From Bacteroidota bacterium (GTDB lineage: Bacteria > Bacteroidota > Ignavibacteria > UBA10030 > UBA8401): a stretch of 64,000 bases of DNA. The stretch lies in assembly GCA_027622375.1 (NCBI GenBank), contig JAQCAB010000009.1, positions 743 through 64,742 on the forward strand. The letters are read 5' to 3'. Position 1 is the first letter of the stretch. Each line of letters opens with the position of its first letter. Of the stretch, positions 37,735-49,577 are shown piece after piece. Under the pieces are notes generated by a model. That model worked only from the letters and a program-made list of their open reading frames with translations, searched no databases and was not told the DNA's origin. A program made the translations under genes and the position numbers.

Positions 37735-39549
37735 ATGAAACTTATTTTATTAATTTTGGTGATAATTGTTACCACAGGTTTTTCGCAAACTCCTCAAGAT
37801 CAAGGTATTTTTAATTTAGGAGAAGCCTTTGAAAAAGCAGGTGAATACGAAAGAGCGAAGCAATATTATGAGGAATTATTAATCCGAAATCCTGAAAATA
37901 ATTTCTACCTCGATGCTGTATTACGAACACTTTCATATTTAAAAAAATATGATGAAGCGCTTTCAATATCTTATAAGCGGTTAGAAAAAAATAGTGGAGA
38001 TATTTCTCTTCGGGCTCAAATTGGTGGAATTTTTATACGTTCAGGAAATTTTGCGAAAGGTGATTCTGTCTGGAAAAGTATTTTACAAAGTAAAGATGTT
38101 TCAATTTTCCATTTTAGTATTGTTGCCGAATCACAGTTAAAAGAAAGATTGACTGATAAAGCAATTGAAACATTTGTAGAGGGGAGAAAAATATTAAATA
38201 GTCCAAATTTATTTAGATTGGAAGTTGCGCAACTATTTTATTACACGATGAATTATTCTAAATCAGCAAGTGAATATCTTTTGTATTTAAAAGAAACTCC
38301 GTCTCAAATTGAATTTATTCAATCCCGATTTTCACAGTTTACAACTAAACCTGCTGGATTAAAAGCAGCTCTTTCAGTCTTAGAAACAGATTTACAAGAA
38401 AATGAATCAAAATCAAAAATAGCTGAAAAAAAATTATACTTATGGCTTTTGCTCGAAGCAAAAAAATATAAAGAGGGAATAATAATTGCAAAAGAATTGA
38501 ATCGTGATATAAAATCGGACGGTGAAGAAATTTATCAATTTGCTTTACGGTTATTTAAAGAGAAAGTTTATTTATTAAGCATGCAATTGTTTGAGGAATT
38601 AATTGTAAGTCATCCAAGTTTTAATAAAATAATTGAAGCAAATTATTTTTACACGCATTCAATGGAAAGTTATTTGAGTGATGATGAAAATTATTTAAAA
38701 GATTCATTAATTACTTTTGAAACTGTGATTAACGGATATCAAAAAATAATTGAAAAATATCCACATCATTCTATAACTATAAATGCAATTATTAGATTAG
38801 CCAAAATAAATTACGAACAAAAAAATGATGCAGATAAATCTTTAAAATTAATTGATTCGGTTTTAAATAAAAATTCAAATTATAATGGAAGGAGTAATTT
38901 AATTTTGCTCTCCGCTGGATTATTAACTGCTCAAGGCAAATTAATTGAGGCCGAAAAAAGATATTATGAAGTACTTAATTTACCATCAGTAACTTTAGAA
39001 GAAAGAAACTCAACTAACTATCAGCTTGCGAAGTTGTATTATTATTCAGGAAAATTTGATTCAACTTTAAATTTATTAAAATCACTCAGTGAAAATTATT
39101 CAACCGATGAATCAAATGATGCTTTAAAATTACAATTATTTATTTCTGAAAATTTACCAAAATATAAATCTGCATTAAAAGAATTTGCAAAAGCAGAATT
39201 ATTAATAGAACAATCTAAATTAAGCGAAGCTGAAGAGATCTTTACATTGTTAACCGAAGCAAATGTACCACTTGCAGATGATGCAATGTTGCAATTGGGG
39301 AAACTAAATTTGCAAATGAAAAATTATAACGAAGCTATAAAAGTATTTCAGAATTTTTTACCAAAGTTTCCAATTTCAATTTTGCAAGAGCAAATTTATT
39401 ATTTAATTGGAAATACTGAAGAGAAGTTTTTAAAGAATAAGGAAAATGCAATCTCCGCATTTCAATTGTTGATTGAAAAATATCCAAATTCAATTTATTC
39501 TTTTGAAGTTAGAAAGCGTATCAGAATATTAAGAGGGGATGCAATTTAA
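37735..39549 (+). CDS. Tetratricopeptide-repeat protein, secreted
   Basis: Signal peptide and multiple TPR-like helical repeats. Confidence 0.55.
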   Translation: MKLILLILVIIVTTGFSQTPQDQGIFNLGEAFEKAGEYERAKQYYEELLIRNPENNFYLDAVLRTLSYLKKYDEALSISYKRLEKNSGDISLRAQIGGIFIRSGNFAKGDSVWKSILQSKDVSIFHFSIVAESQLKERLTDKAIETFVEGRKILNSPNLFRLEVAQLFYYTMNYSKSASEYLLYLKETPSQIEFIQSRFSQFTTKPAGLKAALSVLETDLQENESKSKIAEKKLYLWLLLEAKKYKEGIIIAKELNRDIKSDGEEIYQFALRLFKEKVYLLSMQLFEELIVSHPSFNKIIEANYFYTHSMESYLSDDENYLKDSLITFETVINGYQKIIEKYPHHSITINAIIRLAKINYEQKNDADKSLKLIDSVLNKNSNYNGRSNLILLSAGLLTAQGKLIEAEKRYYEVLNLPSVTLEERNSTNYQLAKLYYYSGKFDSTLNLLKSLSENYSTDESNDALKLQLFISENLPKYKSALKEFAKAELLIEQSKLSEAEEIFTLLTEANVPLADDAMLQLGKLNLQMKNYNEAIKVFQNFLPKFPISILQEQIYYLIGNTEEKFLKNKENAISAFQLLIEKYPNSIYSFEVRKRIRILRGDAI

Positions 39550-41432
39550 TTTTCAAATTGCCACGAAATTTTAAACGTGTAATTTTGAGGCATCATCGGG
39601 TAAAGAGGGATTGTCATATATTTATTATTTAACAAATTATTTGCTTCAAACTCGATTATGACTTGATTAACATGCCCGCGAATGTATGCACTTAAAATAT
39701 TTTCTTTATTTATTTTAATCTCGTTTTGATAAATAAATTCACGACTTGGATAAATTAACATTTGAGCATAATAATCTGAAAAATATTCAAATTTAAATCC
39801 AATAATTCCCATTAAAGAATTTTTAAAATAATTATCAGAATAGAAGATATCGGTAAATCCATAATATTTTGGAATAAAACTTTTCTGAGATTTTAAGAAC
39901 TGTGTAAAATTTAAATTGTAATTTATTTTACTTTTAAAATAATTTAACTGATAATTAATAAAAATATTATTTTCTTCTTTCCCGGTTTGAAAATAACTTG
40001 TGTTGTAAAATTTATGTGTTGTTAAAAAATTTCTTTCACCTTCAATTTGGCTAGAAAGATAATCTGGCACAATATTATTTTCTATATTTGAAGAATTAAC
40101 ATTTAATGAAATTAAAAAATTTTCTGCTTCATATTTCCCACCAAATGAAGTTAAACTTAATTTTATAGGTTTTAAATTTCTCTCGACAGGTTGAAAAGTT
40201 ATGACATCACTCCAATAAACCTCCTGAAAAGTTGGGAAGATTGTTTTATTTAAAACGGAAGCAGAAATTATTAAATGTTTATCGGCATTCCATAAAATAT
40301 TTGCAAAACTGTTTAACCCATTATGGTTTTTGTAATTAATATTATCAAGTTCTGCGTTAAAAATAAAATTAGCTATTTTAAAATTACTATTTATCCCCAC
40401 GAAAGACTTAGTTGAGTTGTGGTTACTTACAAAATTATTTTCTTCTACATTATGTCTTTCATATTTGTAGTAAACCGAAATCGATTTACCTGCTCCACTC
40501 AAATCTAATGAAGTATAAAAACCGTTAATACTTGAATTATGCTTATTTCTTAAATCTAGAGGTGAAAAATTAGAGTCTAATAAATTGTCATAAGTTTTTA
40601 GCTCGGTATAAAATTTTGAATTATATAACTGTAAATTAAAATTTAAAATTGAATCTTGAAGTAGCGGTAAAAGTAAATTTGCATCAAAATGATTTACTTT
40701 TGAATTGTTAAACGTTGTTAAACTTCTGGCTGATGCATTTAAATCATCATACATACTATCAGAAAAAGCTGAATAATTTATTCCGGCATTAATTCCATTT
40801 TCCAATTCACTTAAAATATTGTTTATTGAAAAAAGAATTCCTTCGTCAGTTTTATAATTATATAATATTCTGCTTTGCCATGAATCATTAAAACTATTTT
40901 GGAAACGGGCTTTATAAAATTCAACACTTCTTTTGTTTCCGATTGAGTTTTTATTGAGTTCAAAAGTAAAATTAGAATTTTGTGTTATCGAAGTATTAAA
41001 TAATATTTTAAAATCAGTACCATCGTATGCTGATTGCTTAAAATTAATTAATGTAATTGGTAACTGTTTCGTTAAAGAATTACCAATTAGAGAATTGCTA
41101 GTGTAATCAATTCTTGAGTTTAAACTAGAATTAAAAAATAAAGAGTTTGGAAGCAACTGAAAGTAATTATGAAAATTATATGGATCATTTAAAGATCTAT
41201 TTAAATAATTAAATTCAATTAAGCGTGATGAAATATCTCCAAAAAAATAATTCAGCTTTTCTCCATGATTTGCAGTTTCTTGTAGAAAAATATTATTGGA
41301 ATAAAATAAATTACGAAGGTCTTTTGATGTTGAATAATTTGTAAGGTAATTTGCTAAAACAGAATCACTTTTTGAAAAAGAATTATCCTTAAATCCAAAA
41401 AATAAAAATAAAAATAAAAAAAAGAATCTCAT
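39546..41432 (-). CDS. Hypothetical outer-membrane protein (N/Y/F-rich, beta-barrel-like)
   Basis: Signal peptide. 628 aa, rich in alternating aromatic/polar residues, with a C-terminal aromatic-rich end. No recognisable catalytic motif. Confidence 0.35.
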   Translation of the reverse strand: MRFFFLFLFLFFGFKDNSFSKSDSVLANYLTNYSTSKDLRNLFYSNNIFLQETANHGEKLNYFFGDISSRLIEFNYLNRSLNDPYNFHNYFQLLPNSLFFNSSLNSRIDYTSNSLIGNSLTKQLPITLINFKQSAYDGTDFKILFNTSITQNSNFTFELNKNSIGNKRSVEFYKARFQNSFNDSWQSRILYNYKTDEGILFSINNILSELENGINAGINYSAFSDSMYDDLNASARSLTTFNNSKVNHFDANLLLPLLQDSILNFNLQLYNSKFYTELKTYDNLLDSNFSPLDLRNKHNSSINGFYTSLDLSGAGKSISVYYKYERHNVEENNFVSNHNSTKSFVGINSNFKIANFIFNAELDNINYKNHNGLNSFANILWNADKHLIISASVLNKTIFPTFQEVYWSDVITFQPVERNLKPIKLSLTSFGGKYEAENFLISLNVNSSNIENNIVPDYLSSQIEGERNFLTTHKFYNTSYFQTGKEENNIFINYQLNYFKSKINYNLNFTQFLKSQKSFIPKYYGFTDIFYSDNYFKNSLMGIIGFKFEYFSDYYAQMLIYPSREFIYQNEIKINKENILSAYIRGHVNQVIIEFEANNLLNNKYMTIPLYPMMPQNYTFKISWQFEN

Positions 41433-42283
41433 TAAAATATTTTAAAATATGGTGGAGTTACGGATACAAAATAATTTAGTTTAAAATGGTTTTCAGCTAT
41501 TACAGCATCTACTTCATTTGTGAATAAACCAAAAATCGAAGACCCACTCCCTGACATTATTGAATTGGTTGCTTTAAATTTAATTAATTCGTTTTTAATA
41601 TTATTAAGCATTGGATGAAATGGAAAAATAAATTCTTCAAAATCATTTACACTGTATTTGTGCAAGTCATTCAAAAACATTTCAATTATATTTTCATTTC
41701 CAGTAAAAAATTTAGTTGAAACAGATTTTCTATTATCTGATAAAACATTATAAGCCCAATTTGTCTTAATATGTATTTTTGGGTGGACTGTAATTATCCA
41801 AAAAGGAAAATCAAATTTAATATTATTTATAATTTCTCCTCTTCCAGTTGCATAAGCGCTTGTGTCAGTTAAAAAATATGAGACATCAGAACCTATTGAA
41901 AGTGCGATTTTATTTAATTCGGTATTTGTAATTTCAACTCCCCAAAATTTAATTAGTAATTTTAAAACTGTTGCTGCATTGCTGCTACCACCACCTAATC
42001 CACTTCCAATCGGAATAAATTTTTTAATATTTATTTTCACTCCTCTATTAACTTTACAAAAATTTTGAATTGCTAATGCAGCTTTAAAACAGAAATTACG
42101 CTCATCTTTTGGCAAAAATTTATTATCTGTAATAATTTCAATTTTATTACTTTCTGAGATTTCAATTTCGTCATATAAATTAATTCTATGAAAAATAGTT
42201 TCAATATTATGGAAACCATCATTTCTTTTATCCAACACTTTTAAAAAGAGATTTATTTTTGCGAAAGATTTATTCATAATCAT
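41432..42283 (-). CDS. ispE: 4-diphosphocytidyl-2-C-methyl-D-erythritol kinase
   Basis: The N-terminal FAKINLFLKV block and the GHMP-kinase glycine loop PIGSGLGGGSSNAA. Confidence 0.9.
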   Translation of the reverse strand: MIMNKSFAKINLFLKVLDKRNDGFHNIETIFHRINLYDEIEISESNKIEIITDNKFLPKDERNFCFKAALAIQNFCKVNRGVKINIKKFIPIGSGLGGGSSNAATVLKLLIKFWGVEITNTELNKIALSIGSDVSYFLTDTSAYATGRGEIINNIKFDFPFWIITVHPKIHIKTNWAYNVLSDNRKSVSTKFFTGNENIIEMFLNDLHKYSVNDFEEFIFPFHPMLNNIKNELIKFKATNSIMSGSGSSIFGLFTNEVDAVIAENHFKLNYFVSVTPPYFKIF

Positions 42284-42372
42284 TTAACAAGATAATTCCG
42301 AAATTAAATTATTACAAATTTTTAAAAGCAATTGTTTTGCAATGCACTTTTGTATATTTTTGAGGATAAATT

Positions 42373-43548
42373 TTGCCTATGAATCAATTTAATGATGTAG
42401 ATTATTTTGGAATTGCATCACTTCTTTCTGAAGAAGAAAAAATGGTACGTGCTACTGTTCGTAAATTTGTTGATGATAATATTTTGCCAATAATTGAAAA
42501 GCATAATCGCGAAGGAACTTTCCCTTTTCAACTTGTGAAACAAATGGCATCAATTGGTTTATTCGGTCCAACTTTGCCCCCCGAATTCGGTTGCGCTGGA
42601 TTAAATAATGTTGCTTATGGATTAATGATGCAAGAATTAGAGCGTGGCGATTCTGCGATCAGAAGCTTTGCTTCTGTTCAAGGTAGTTTGGTTATGTATC
42701 CAATTTTTACTTTCGGGAGTGATGAACAAAAAAAATATTGGCTTCCAAAACTTGCATCCGGAGAAAAAATAGGTTGTTTCGGTTTGACTGAACCTGATTT
42801 TGGTTCAAATCCCGGTGGAATGAAAACGAATGCAGTAAAAAAAGGAAACACATTTATTTTAAATGGCGCAAAAATGTGGATTACAAATGGAACAATTGCT
42901 GATGTTGCAGTTGTTTGGGCAAAGTTGGATGGAGTTATAAAAGGATTTTTAGTTGAAAAAAATTCAAAAGGATTTTCTGCTCCCGAAATGAAGGGGAAAC
43001 ATTCTTTGAGAGCTTCAGTAACATCAGAACTCGTTTTTCAAGATTGTGTAATTCCTGAAGAAAATATTTTACCGAATTCAGATGGTTTAAAATCTCCATT
43101 GATGTGTTTAAACCAAGCTCGTTACGGAATTGCATGGGGCGCAGTTGGTGCTGCAATGGCTTGTTATGATGTAGCTTTGCAATATTCTAAATCAAGAATT
43201 CAATTTGATAAACCAATCGCGGCTTTTCAAATGACGCAAGAAAAATTAGTTCACATGATGAACGAAATTACCAAAGCACAATTATTAAATTTACAACTTG
43301 GAAGATTAAAAGATGATGGAAAATTAAAAACATTTCAAATTTCAATTGCAAAAAGAAATAATGTTTTTCATGCACTAGAAATTGCAAGAATGTCTCGCGA
43401 AATTTTAGGAGCAAATGGAATTTTAGATGAATATCCTGTGATGCGTCATTCAGCAAATCTTGAATCTGTAAAAACTTATGAAGGCACACACGAAATGCAC
43501 ACTTTAATAATTGGCGAAGAAATTACCGGGATTGCAGCTTATAAATAA
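42373..43548 (+). CDS. Acyl-CoA dehydrogenase (glutaryl-CoA dehydrogenase-like)
   Basis: Three-domain ACAD architecture with the [12 protein letters not shown] and YEGTHEMH motifs. Start is ambiguous (TTG at 42373 or ATG at 42379). Confidence 0.85.
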   Translation: MPMNQFNDVDYFGIASLLSEEEKMVRATVRKFVDDNILPIIEKHNREGTFPFQLVKQMASIGLFGPTLPPEFGCAGLNNVAYGLMMQELERGDSAIRSFASVQGSLVMYPIFTFGSDEQKKYWLPKLASGEKIGCFGLTEPDFGSNPGGMKTNAVKKGNTFILNGAKMWITNGTIADVAVVWAKLDGVIKGFLVEKNSKGFSAPEMKGKHSLRASVTSELVFQDCVIPEENILPNSDGLKSPLMCLNQARYGIAWGAVGAAMACYDVALQYSKSRIQFDKPIAAFQMTQEKLVHMMNEITKAQLLNLQLGRLKDDGKLKTFQISIAKRNNVFHALEIARMSREILGANGILDEYPVMRHSANLESVKTYEGTHEMHTLIIGEEITGIAAYK

Positions 43549-45014
43549 TGAAAATAAATAAAAAAATTATTGGTGAGGCAATTACGTTTGATGATGTTTT
43601 GCTTATTCCACAAAAATCAAATGTTCTTCCGCGTCAAGTTGATATTTCAACTTATTTAACAAAAAAAATAAAACTTAATATTCCGATTCTTTCATCTGCG
43701 ATGGATACAGTGACTGAATCATCAATGGCAATTGCAATTGCGCGCGAAGGGGGACTTGGTGTTTTGCATAAAAATATGTCAATTGATCAACAAGCAGAAG
43801 AAGTTGATAAAGTTAAACGCTCCGAAAGTGGAATGATAATTGATCCGATTACATTAACATCTGATAAATTAGTTGGAGATGCAGTTGGACTTATGGCAAA
43901 ATATAGAATTTCAGGAATCCCTATTGTTGATGGATCTAAATTAGTTGGAATTTTAACAAACCGAGATTTGCGTTTCCGTCCAAATTTAAATGCAAAAGTT
44001 TCAGAAGTGATGACTTCTAAAAATTTAATTACTGTACCAGTTGGTACAACTTTGGAAGAAGCAGAATCAATTCTTCAAAAATATAAAATTGAAAAGTTGC
44101 CGATTGTCGATAAAAATAGAAATTTAAAAGGTTTATTAACTGTAAAGGATATTCAAAAGAAAAAACAATATCCGATTGCATGCAAAGATGAACATGGCCG
44201 ATTGAGAGTTGGTGCAGCAGTTGGAGTAACGCCAGATGTATTGGAGAGAGTTTCGGAATTAATAAATAAAGGTGGCGATTTAATTTTTATTGACACTGCG
44301 CATGGACACTCGCATGGAGTTTTGCAAACAATAAAAAAAGTAAAAAATAAATTTCCTGAAATTGAAGTTGTAGTTGGTAACATCGCAACATCTGACTCTG
44401 CAAAAGACTTAATTAAAGCTGGTGCAGATTGTTTGAAAGTTGGAATTGGCTCAGGTTCAATTTGTACAACTCGAGTTGTTGCGGGAATTGGTGTTCCGCA
44501 AATCACTGCAATTTTTGAAACAGTAAAAATCGCACAAAAATATAAAATCCCTGTTATTGCTGATGGCGGAATTCGACAAACTGGAGATATAGCAAAAGCA
44601 ATTGCTGCAGGTGCAAATTGTGTTATGATTGGTGGGCTTTTTGCAGGATTAAAAGAAGCACCTGGTGAAGAAATTATTTACGAAGGAAGAACATATAAAA
44701 TTTATCGCGGTATGGGTTCGTTAGATGCAATGCGATCTGGAAGTAAAGATCGTTATTTTCAAGATGTAGAAGATGATATTTCAAAATTGGTTCCCGAAGG
44801 AATTGAAGGAAGAGTACCATTTAGAGGAGAATTAAGCTTCACAATTTATCAAATGGTTGGTGGGATAAGGGCTGCGATGGGTTATTGCGGAGCTCGAACA
44901 ATTTCTGAATTTCAGAAAAAATCAAAATTTGTTTTAATGAGTAATTCAGGTTTACGCGAAAGCCATCCACACGATGTCCAAATTACAAAAGAAGCCCCAA
45001 ACTATCACGCCTGA
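43548..45014 (+). CDS. guaB: IMP dehydrogenase
   Basis: CBS pair, catalytic loop [11 protein letters not shown] and the [12 protein letters not shown] motif. Confidence 0.95.
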   Translation: MKINKKIIGEAITFDDVLLIPQKSNVLPRQVDISTYLTKKIKLNIPILSSAMDTVTESSMAIAIAREGGLGVLHKNMSIDQQAEEVDKVKRSESGMIIDPITLTSDKLVGDAVGLMAKYRISGIPIVDGSKLVGILTNRDLRFRPNLNAKVSEVMTSKNLITVPVGTTLEEAESILQKYKIEKLPIVDKNRNLKGLLTVKDIQKKKQYPIACKDEHGRLRVGAAVGVTPDVLERVSELINKGGDLIFIDTAHGHSHGVLQTIKKVKNKFPEIEVVVGNIATSDSAKDLIKAGADCLKVGIGSGSICTTRVVAGIGVPQITAIFETVKIAQKYKIPVIADGGIRQTGDIAKAIAAGANCVMIGGLFAGLKEAPGEEIIYEGRTYKIYRGMGSLDAMRSGSKDRYFQDVEDDISKLVPEGIEGRVPFRGELSFTIYQMVGGIRAAMGYCGARTISEFQKKSKFVLMSNSGLRESHPHDVQITKEAPNYHA

Positions 45015-46086
45015 AAAATCTATTTATTTAAATAGACAAAAAAAATTAAAAATTGCTTGCAGTAATTTTAAAGTAAGTTATTTTTTTACTTCCTCTAAAA
45101 ATCATTTAAGATATTTAACTGGTTATCATGGTTCAAATGGATTATTTGTTTTAACTCCAAGTGATACAATTTTTGTAACTGATAGTAGATATGAATCTTT
45201 AATTGAAAAAAATGTCTTTGCAGATAAAAAATTTATTGGCTCGGGAAATTTATTAGATATTATTTATAAAAATAATATTTTTAAAGGAAAAGAATTTATT
45301 GGATTTAATCCGTCGACAATAAAATATTCTGATTACGAATTTGTAAAAAAAAATAAAACTTCTCAAAAATTAATCGGGCTTCCATTTTTAATTGAAAAAT
45401 TAATGGCAATTAAAACCCAAGATGAAATAAATAAAATTAAAAAGGCAGTCAAAATTACCGACTTAGTTTTTGAAAAAATATTAAAAATAATTTCTCCAAA
45501 TACTTCTGAGCATGATATTTCTGCAGAAATAACATATCAGCATCAAAAACTTGGTGCTGAGTGCGATGCTTTTCCACCAATAATTGCAATTGCGAAACGT
45601 TCTGCGCTTCCTCATTCTCATCCAACAAATAAAAAGCTGACAAAGGGTGAATTAATTCTTGATTTCGGCTGCAGATTTGATGGATACAATAGTGACTTGA
45701 CAAGGACAGTTTATATCGGGAAAACACCAAAAAATTTTAAAGAAAATTACAATTTTGTTTTGGAAGCCCAACAAAAAACTATTGAACAGCTCAAAATTGG
45801 AATGAAGGGTTGTGAAGTAGATTCAATTGCGCGAAATTATTTAAAAGAAAAAAAACTTGATAAATATTTTACACATTCAGTTGGGCATGGATTAAGTTTG
45901 GATGTTCACGCTTTCCCGAGATTATCCAAAACAAGCAATGATATTTTACAGAAAAATAATGTTATTACAATTGAGCCTGGAATTTATTTTAAAAATAATT
46001 ACGGGATTAGAATCGAAGATGACATATTAGTAAGTGACAAACCAGAAATTTTAAATAAATCAACGAAAAATTTAATTGAATTATAA
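44974..46086 (+). CDS. M24-family Xaa-Pro aminopeptidase
   Basis: Pita-bread fold motifs ([37 protein letters not shown]). The predicted start overlaps guaB by 41 nt, so the true start is uncertain. Confidence 0.75.
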   Translation: MSKLQKKPQTITPEKSIYLNRQKKLKIACSNFKVSYFFTSSKNHLRYLTGYHGSNGLFVLTPSDTIFVTDSRYESLIEKNVFADKKFIGSGNLLDIIYKNNIFKGKEFIGFNPSTIKYSDYEFVKKNKTSQKLIGLPFLIEKLMAIKTQDEINKIKKAVKITDLVFEKILKIISPNTSEHDISAEITYQHQKLGAECDAFPPIIAIAKRSALPHSHPTNKKLTKGELILDFGCRFDGYNSDLTRTVYIGKTPKNFKENYNFVLEAQQKTIEQLKIGMKGCEVDSIARNYLKEKKLDKYFTHSVGHGLSLDVHAFPRLSKTSNDILQKNNVITIEPGIYFKNNYGIRIEDDILVSDKPEILNKSTKNLIEL

Positions 46087-47355
46087 ATGTTAAAAGTATT
46101 AGTTATCGCATATTATTTTCCACCTCTTGGTTTAAGTGGTGTTCAACGCACTTTAAAATTTGTAAAATATTTAAAAAATTATGGATGGGATCCAACTGTT
46201 TTAACAGTTTCTTCTCGCGGTTATTATGCAAAGGATGATTCACTATTGCTTGAAGCAGAAAATGCGGGGATAGAAATTGTTCGTACAGATTCAATTGATC
46301 CAAATAGATTTTTTAGAAAACAAGATGTTGTCCCGATGCCATCAGAAAGATGGAGAAAATTTTTAAGCAGAGTGAGTGATACTTTTTTTATTCCTGATAA
46401 TAAAATTGGTTGGAAGTCTCCAGCAATTAAAAAAGCTAGCGAGTTAATAAAAAAAAATAATTATGATATTATTTTTGCTACTGCGCCACCATATACTTCA
46501 TTTTTAATCGGAAAAGAATTGAGAGATAAATTTCATATTCCACTTGTACTTGATTTTAGAGATTTATGGGTTGGTTATCCATTTAAATTTTTTCCAACTT
46601 ATTTTCATAAAAGGTTGTTTGAAAAAATGGAATCTCAAGTTGTTAAATCGGCTGATGCAATTGTTGTTGCAAGTCGTCGTGTAAAAGAATCCTTAATAAG
46701 AAGATATAATCACCTGCAATACAACGAAGTTAAATTAATTTCTCAGGGATATGACGAAGAAGATATAAAAATTGATTTATCACAAAATTTACCTCTCACA
46801 AATAAAATGAGGTTTACATATACAGGTGTTTTTTATGAAGACCGCACTCCAAAATATTTTTTAGAAGCGCTTGCAAATGTATTTCAAAAAAATCCAAATT
46901 TAAAAAATAAGATTGAGGTTTGCTTTGTTGGAATTTTAAATAAAAAACATTTAGAATTGATTAAAAAATTGCAACTTCAAGATGCAGTAAATATTTGTGG
47001 ATATTTATCTCACAAAGAGTGTATAAAATATTTGTTAGCATCGGATGTTCTATGGTTAATGATGAAGGATGATTTAAGTTCTCCAGGTAAAATTTATGAA
47101 TATATCGGAACAGGTAAAAAAATAATGGGTTGTGTCCCTACCGGTTTTATTCGTGATACAATTGAAGAAGCAAATGGTTTTGTTACAACTCCTGATAACG
47201 TAAATGAAATTTCAACAGCAATTTTAACACTTTACAATGAGTTTGAAAATAAAAAATTAAAAGGTGCTTCGAGTGAAGTTATTTCAAAATATAATCGAAA
47301 AGAATTAACAGGGGAATTAGCGAAAACCTTTATAAAATTAATTCACGTAGATTAA
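46087..47355 (+). CDS. Glycosyltransferase family 4 protein
   Basis: N-terminal VLVIAYYFPPLGLSGVQRT motif typical of GT4 retaining transferases and a C-terminal GT1 domain. Confidence 0.7.
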   Translation: MLKVLVIAYYFPPLGLSGVQRTLKFVKYLKNYGWDPTVLTVSSRGYYAKDDSLLLEAENAGIEIVRTDSIDPNRFFRKQDVVPMPSERWRKFLSRVSDTFFIPDNKIGWKSPAIKKASELIKKNNYDIIFATAPPYTSFLIGKELRDKFHIPLVLDFRDLWVGYPFKFFPTYFHKRLFEKMESQVVKSADAIVVASRRVKESLIRRYNHLQYNEVKLISQGYDEEDIKIDLSQNLPLTNKMRFTYTGVFYEDRTPKYFLEALANVFQKNPNLKNKIEVCFVGILNKKHLELIKKLQLQDAVNICGYLSHKECIKYLLASDVLWLMMKDDLSSPGKIYEYIGTGKKIMGCVPTGFIRDTIEEANGFVTTPDNVNEISTAILTLYNEFENKKLKGASSEVISKYNRKELTGELAKTFIKLIHVD

Positions 47356-48636
47356 ATGAAAATACTTGTAATAGGCTCCGGTGGTCGTGAACATGCTATC
47401 TGCTGGAAACTAACTAAAAGTAAAAATGTAGAAAAATTAATTGCCATTCCCGGCAACCCCGGAATTTCAGAAATTGCAGAATGTGTAAATATTAATATTA
47501 ATGAAATTGAAAAAATAATCAACTTTGTAAAAATTAATAAAATCGATTTAACTATTGTTGGACCTGAAATTCCTTTGATGAATGGAATAGTTGATCAATT
47601 TGAAAATGAAAAATTATTAATTTTCGGTCCACAAAAAAGTGCTGCGATGTTGGAAGGGAGTAAGATATTTGCAAAAAATTTTATGAAGAGAAATTCAATA
47701 CCAACAGCTGATTATTCTGTTTTTACAAAAAATGAAATTATTGAAGCAAAAAATTATATTCACTCAAAAAATTATCCAATTGTAATTAAAGCTGATGGTT
47801 TAGCAGCAGGTAAAGGTGTTGTAATTTGTAATAATAGTATTGAGGCCGAAAATTGTTTACATGAATTTTTTAGCAAAAATATTTTTGGTGATTCTGGTTC
47901 AAAAATTGTAATTGAAGATTTTATGGAAGGTGAGGAGGCTTCAATTTTTGTTTTAACTGATGGAACTAAATATTTAATTCTTCCAGCATCACAAGATCAT
48001 AAAAAAATTTATGATGGGGAAAAAGGAAAAAATACAGGTGGAATGGGCGCATACTCACCTACAAATTGTGTAACTGATGAAATTTTAAAAAAAATCGAGA
48101 TTGAAATTATTATTCCAACTTTAAATGGAATGAAAAGTGAAGGAAATATTTATAAAGGATGTTTGTACATTGGGTTGATGCTTACAAATACTGGACCAAA
48201 AGTTGTTGAATTTAATTCAAGATTTGGTGATCCAGAAACACAGGCAGTTTTACCAATTTGTGATATTGATTTTGCTGAAATATTTTATCAATGTGCAAAA
48301 GGTGAATTAGTAAATATTCCAAAATTTACAATTACTAAAAATGCTATTTGCGTAGTTTGTGCATCAAATGGATATCCTGATAAATACGAAACTGGTAAAG
48401 AAATTAATGGTGTTGATCAATTTAAAGATGAGGAGAATATTCATATTTTCCATGCAGGAACAAAAATGGATAACAACAAACTTGTTACAAACGGTGGCAG
48501 AGTTTTGGGTGTAACTGCAATTGGTGAGAAAAATAACTTTGAATCAACTTTTGTAAAAGTTTATAATTCTGTAGATAAAATTAAATTTGATGGTATTTAT
48601 TTTAGACATGATATAGCAAAAAGGGCAATTGAATGA
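47356..48636 (+). CDS. purD: Phosphoribosylamine--glycine ligase
   Basis: MKILVIGSGGREHAI N-terminus, an ATP-grasp domain and a PurD C-domain. Confidence 0.9.
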   Translation: MKILVIGSGGREHAICWKLTKSKNVEKLIAIPGNPGISEIAECVNININEIEKIINFVKINKIDLTIVGPEIPLMNGIVDQFENEKLLIFGPQKSAAMLEGSKIFAKNFMKRNSIPTADYSVFTKNEIIEAKNYIHSKNYPIVIKADGLAAGKGVVICNNSIEAENCLHEFFSKNIFGDSGSKIVIEDFMEGEEASIFVLTDGTKYLILPASQDHKKIYDGEKGKNTGGMGAYSPTNCVTDEILKKIEIEIIIPTLNGMKSEGNIYKGCLYIGLMLTNTGPKVVEFNSRFGDPETQAVLPICDIDFAEIFYQCAKGELVNIPKFTITKNAICVVCASNGYPDKYETGKEINGVDQFKDEENIHIFHAGTKMDNNKLVTNGGRVLGVTAIGEKNNFESTFVKVYNSVDKIKFDGIYFRHDIAKRAIE

Positions 48637-49577
48637 CAGAATACATTAACAAATCAATTTTAGTCACAGGTGGCGCCGGTTTTATTGGCTCACATATTGT
48701 TGACTCTTATTTAGCCGCAGGAAATCAAGTAATAGTGGTTGATAATCTTTCAACAGGGAAAAGAGAAAATATTCCCGGAAAAGTAAAATTTTATCAAATG
48801 GATTTAAAAGATAAAATGATTGAAAGAATATTTTCAGAAAATAGTATTGATGTAATTAATCATCATGCTGCACAAATGGATGTTCGAAGATCTGTGAACG
48901 ATCCAATTTTTGATGCAAATGTAAATGTTGTTGGATTTCTAAATTTAATTGAACACGCAAAGAAACATGGATTAAAAAAAATAATATTTTCTTCAACTGG
49001 AGGAGCAATTTATGGGGAGCAAATAAATTTCCCTGCAGATGAAACTCATCCAATACAACCACTTTCTCCATATGGAATTACTAAACTTGCTACCGAAAAA
49101 TATTTGAATTATTACAAAGAAGTTCATGGAATCGATTTTGTAATTTTGAGATACGCAAATGTTTTTGGTCCACGGCAAAATCCACATGGCGAAGCCGGAG
49201 TTGTTGCAATTTTTGTTGAAAAATTTTTAAAGAAAGAACAGCCAATAATTAACGGAACGGGGAAACAAACTCGCGACTTTGTTTTTGTTGGCGATGTAGT
49301 TGATGCAAATTTGAAAGCTCTAAATTATTCAAGTTCTGAAATATTTAATATCGGCACGGGAATTGAAACAGATATTTTATCAATCTTTAATAATTTGAAG
49401 TTGATTACAAAATCAAATGTTTCTGAAAATTTTCATCCCGCAAAAATGGGAGAACAAATGAGAAGTGTGATTTCAAATTCAAAAGCTGAAAAATTATTAG
49501 GATGGAAGCCAAAATGTTCAATCCAAGAAGGATTAGAATTAACTGTTGAATATTTTAAAAATATCATTTTTAAATAA
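48633..49577 (+). CDS. NAD-dependent epimerase/dehydratase (UDP-sugar 4-epimerase-like SDR)
   Basis: ILVTGGAGFIGSH Rossmann motif and the catalytic YxxxK (YGITK). Confidence 0.8.
   Translation: MTEYINKSILVTGGAGFIGSHIVDSYLAAGNQVIVVDNLSTGKRENIPGKVKFYQMDLKDKMIERIFSENSIDVINHHAAQMDVRRSVNDPIFDANVNVVGFLNLIEHAKKHGLKKIIFSSTGGAIYGEQINFPADETHPIQPLSPYGITKLATEKYLNYYKEVHGIDFVILRYANVFGPRQNPHGEAGVVAIFVEKFLKKEQPIINGTGKQTRDFVFVGDVVDANLKALNYSSSEIFNIGTGIETDILSIFNNLKLITKSNVSENFHPAKMGEQMRSVISNSKAEKLLGWKPKCSIQEGLELTVEYFKNIIFK

Noticed and set aside
44974-45014. 41-nt overlap between guaB and the M24 peptidase as evidence of a frameshifted fusion
   Set aside because: Both genes have complete, independent domain structures. 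The overlap more likely reflects an unrecognised downstream alternative start for the peptidase, though no in-frame ATG is available nearby.
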